64,000 bases of DNA from Psammoneis japonica (lineage: Eukaryota): assembly GCA_008632985.1 (NCBI GenBank), contig QPGO01000012.1:558001-622000 (forward strand), written 5' to 3'. Under the pieces are notes generated by a model that was given only the letters and a program-made list of their open reading frames with translations, was not told where the DNA came from and searched no databases. Of this stretch, positions 61,771-64,000 are shown piece after piece (positions within the stretch are counted from its first letter, which is position 1; every line of letters starts with the position of its first letter). Made by a program: the position numbers and the translations under genes.

Positions 61771-62198
61771 CAGAACTTTGTAAGGCAGTTGTTTAGCGTG
61801 TTGGCGCAGCAGCATCAGAAGAGTCCAATATTTCTCTTGATAGAGACGTTTTCAAGTTTGAAGTTTGGCGATGAAACATCATGATGAATGATGTTGCCGC
61901 AGATGATGCCGAGAAAGATACGCGCGATCTTTGTGACGCGAGTCCGATTAGTCAAAAACTTGCGGGAAAAGCGATGGCGCCATGCATGGCGCGCCGTCGC
62001 CGTACAGTAGTCGCGACGCCCGTGATGACAATAGCTCTACCAGGTGTGATAGCTAGCTAGTACTGTGATACCCACATAGAAACGCTATTGTGCATGAAAG
62101 CAAAATGGTTAAGAGCGTCATTTTAGCGAAGAGAGACTAAATTCGATGGTAGACACAGACTTGCTATGTATTGGGAATTCTACAGTACAACGTTCGCC

Positions 62199-64000
62199 TC
62201 AGGCACTTGAGCGAGTATAAAGCAAGCCAGAGTCGCGAAGATTAGCGTAAAGTTTACGGGGAAGGTCGCCTTCAATCTCTTCTGGCAACTTAATTTTGCC
62301 TCCGTGCTTTGGAAGGTCCAGCGATTCTTTGTAGCCTCTTGCCAGCATGACAGACTTTCGATCCTTCAAATTGCCCACCTTTTCAGCCAAACTGTACAGT
62401 TTTCCAGTCAAAGATTGCATGTGACATTGGCGCTCAGTCTCTCGCATGACGTCCTGAGCGGCTTTCAACCAGTTGTTGTTGTGTGGCCCGGGTGTACTCT
62501 TGACCAGTTTCGAGTCCAACTGGGTGTCTTTCGCGCGAGTCACTTGCTTGACACACTCAAGAATTTCTGAGTCCCAACATGTGAAGTAGGGGTCTCCATC
62601 AATATCGCCTTGAGCAATCTGCAGGGGAAGAGGAAGCGAACCATCACGTGGTCCCCCGAAAATTACAAAGCCGAAAGGCAACGAAAGAAGCCACTCCCAG
62701 TCTTGCACTTGCATGGCCTTGGGCTTCGTATTGACAATAGAGACCATCCGTCCATCGGATGCTTCGAGGCACGGAAATCGGGAGATGAAGAGCTTGTCGT
62801 GTTTGCCTTGCTCGGTTCCCATACCCGTTACAAACATGCGTCCCTTCGGTAAGGCACCGGTTGGGTCTGCAGCCCCGAGCAAGCTGGCATGTTTCAAGCC
62901 TTTGATGGTTTTCTTGTTGTCACACCTCTTGCAGTACTTCGTGATAACATCGCTCGGAACACCAAGGTTTTCCCACAATCGAATGATCATTTTCGATGGA
63001 GCCTGACTCTCATTCTTGAAATAGCTCATTGGAGGATCTTTTGCTTCAGGGTCCAGTTGGCGTCCAATCAACTTGTTCTTTTGACTGGGGAATGTGTTCT
63101 TGACAATCATACATGACCACTTTTCGTCTTGTGCAACCTCTTGAGAACGCGGAACTTTCCGCATGGAACGAGGGAGCTCAATGTGATCAATGTTCTGTTT
63201 TGGAAAAAGTATTCCCTTGACACAGCCAAGGTGTGGAGAGAACACACGAACTTGCAGAACAGTGCAGTCATAGCGCTTGGCCATGGACTGGGGCATAAAG
63301 CCACAACCATCGTTACCTGGTTGGTCTTTTGTGACTTTGATGCGCGGCAGATCATCGCCATCTATGATCATTTTCTTGTTGGACTTGCTGACAATCATTT
63401 CCAGTCTTGAGGATGCCTTTTCGGGCGAGAGCTTGCCAAAGTTGGCTATCTTTTCCAATTCCTTTTTCAGTGAAATACTTTTCAAGCCTGGACCACGCGT
63501 GGCAACGTACCATATGCGTATTTCCTTTGCCTTTCGTATATGCCAGGAAACGTGATTTGAGCCATGGGCCTCTTTGTTGACTTTGGTTGCAAGTAGTTCA
63601 TAGGTACGGTCGTTAACCGTAAATTTCGTTGGAAGTTTGGCATGCGGTGCTTTCAGAGAGAGCTTGGCTTCCTGTAGGCGACGTCCGAAGTAGTGACTTG
63701 CAAAAGATACGTCCATTTCCTCTTCTGGAGGATCAAAGATTATCAACCGCACTTGCATGTTTCCAGCCACCAGTCCTGAGTTTCCGTCAGGAATCGCCCA
63801 CGAGGGACGAGTTTCGGCACCTTGATTTGCTCCTTTCGTCGCCTTACGTGCGACCCGGTTGCCTTTTACCACTTTCTTTTGTTGTTCGAACTTTGTCGCC
63901 TCCTCCTTGGCAGAATCATTCAACGACTCATCAGGTACCCATTCGTCGTGTTTTGCTGAGAACCCTCTCCAGCGAACCTTGTACTCTTTTGTGCCATTGG
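62199..64000 (-). CDS. Chromodomain-fused, compact cellular-type RNA-dependent RNA polymerase (5'-partial)
   Basis: DGCG, QVR..KG, RFPCL and GDIDGDPYFTCWD (DxDGD at 62592-62606). The frame is open to the window edge and reads NGTKEYKVRWRGFSAKHDEWVPDESL upstream of the called start. Confidence 0.8.
   Translation of the reverse strand, partial: NGTKEYKVRWRGFSAKHDEWVPDESLNDSAKEEATKFEQQKKVVKGNRVARKATKGANQGAETRPSWAIPDGNSGLVAGNMQVRLIIFDPPEEEMDVSFASHYFGRRLQEAKLSLKAPHAKLPTKFTVNDRTYELLATKVNKEAHGSNHVSWHIRKAKEIRIWYVATRGPGLKSISLKKELEKIANFGKLSPEKASSRLEMIVSKSNKKMIIDGDDLPRIKVTKDQPGNDGCGFMPQSMAKRYDCTVLQVRVFSPHLGCVKGILFPKQNIDHIELPRSMRKVPRSQEVAQDEKWSCMIVKNTFPSQKNKLIGRQLDPEAKDPPMSYFKNESQAPSKMIIRLWENLGVPSDVITKYCKRCDNKKTIKGLKHASLLGAADPTGALPKGRMFVTGMGTEQGKHDKLFISRFPCLEASDGRMVSIVNTKPKAMQVQDWEWLLSLPFGFVIFGGPRDGSLPLPLQIAQGDIDGDPYFTCWDSEILECVKQVTRAKDTQLDSKLVKSTPGPHNNNWLKAAQDVMRETERQCHMQSLTGKLYSLAEKVGNLKDRKSVMLARGYKESLDLPKHGGKIKLPEEIEGDLPRKLYANLRDSGLLYTRSSA

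Noticed and set aside
2911..61780. Classical RIP or CpG deamination alone as the cause of the composition
   Set aside because: RIP raises TpA. CpG decay explains CG loss and CGA->TGA stops but cannot turn TAY into TGY/CAY.

Overview
Eukaryotic genomic DNA, most likely from a pennate diatom (DUF6824 protein, signal-peptide/xFAF plastid presequence, CoDi-type Ty1/copia elements, short GT-AG introns). About 20 kb carries ordinary genes: DUF6824 protein, small plastid Cys-motif protein, NAD(P)-binding protein, Cys-rich membrane protein, core-2/I-branching-like glycosyltransferase, Trm3/TARBP1, ferric reductase/NOX-like protein with an EF-hand, SatP/Gpr1 acetate channel, ankyrin-like protein and a chromodomain-fused RNA-dependent RNA polymerase. 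These are separated by five sharply bounded blocks (~42 kb) of transposons and dead gene copies. The main observation is that TpA dinucleotides in these blocks have been almost completely converted to TpG or CpA (A:T->G:C at TpA), with CpG decay following later. Conserved Tyr codons become Cys or His, and duplicated copies show reciprocal TG/CA at the same site. This looks like a repeat- or heterochromatin-targeted hypermutation system with chemistry opposite to fungal RIP. It also explains the hundreds of spurious Cys/His-rich ORFs in the ORF track. All counts and alignments were done by eye.
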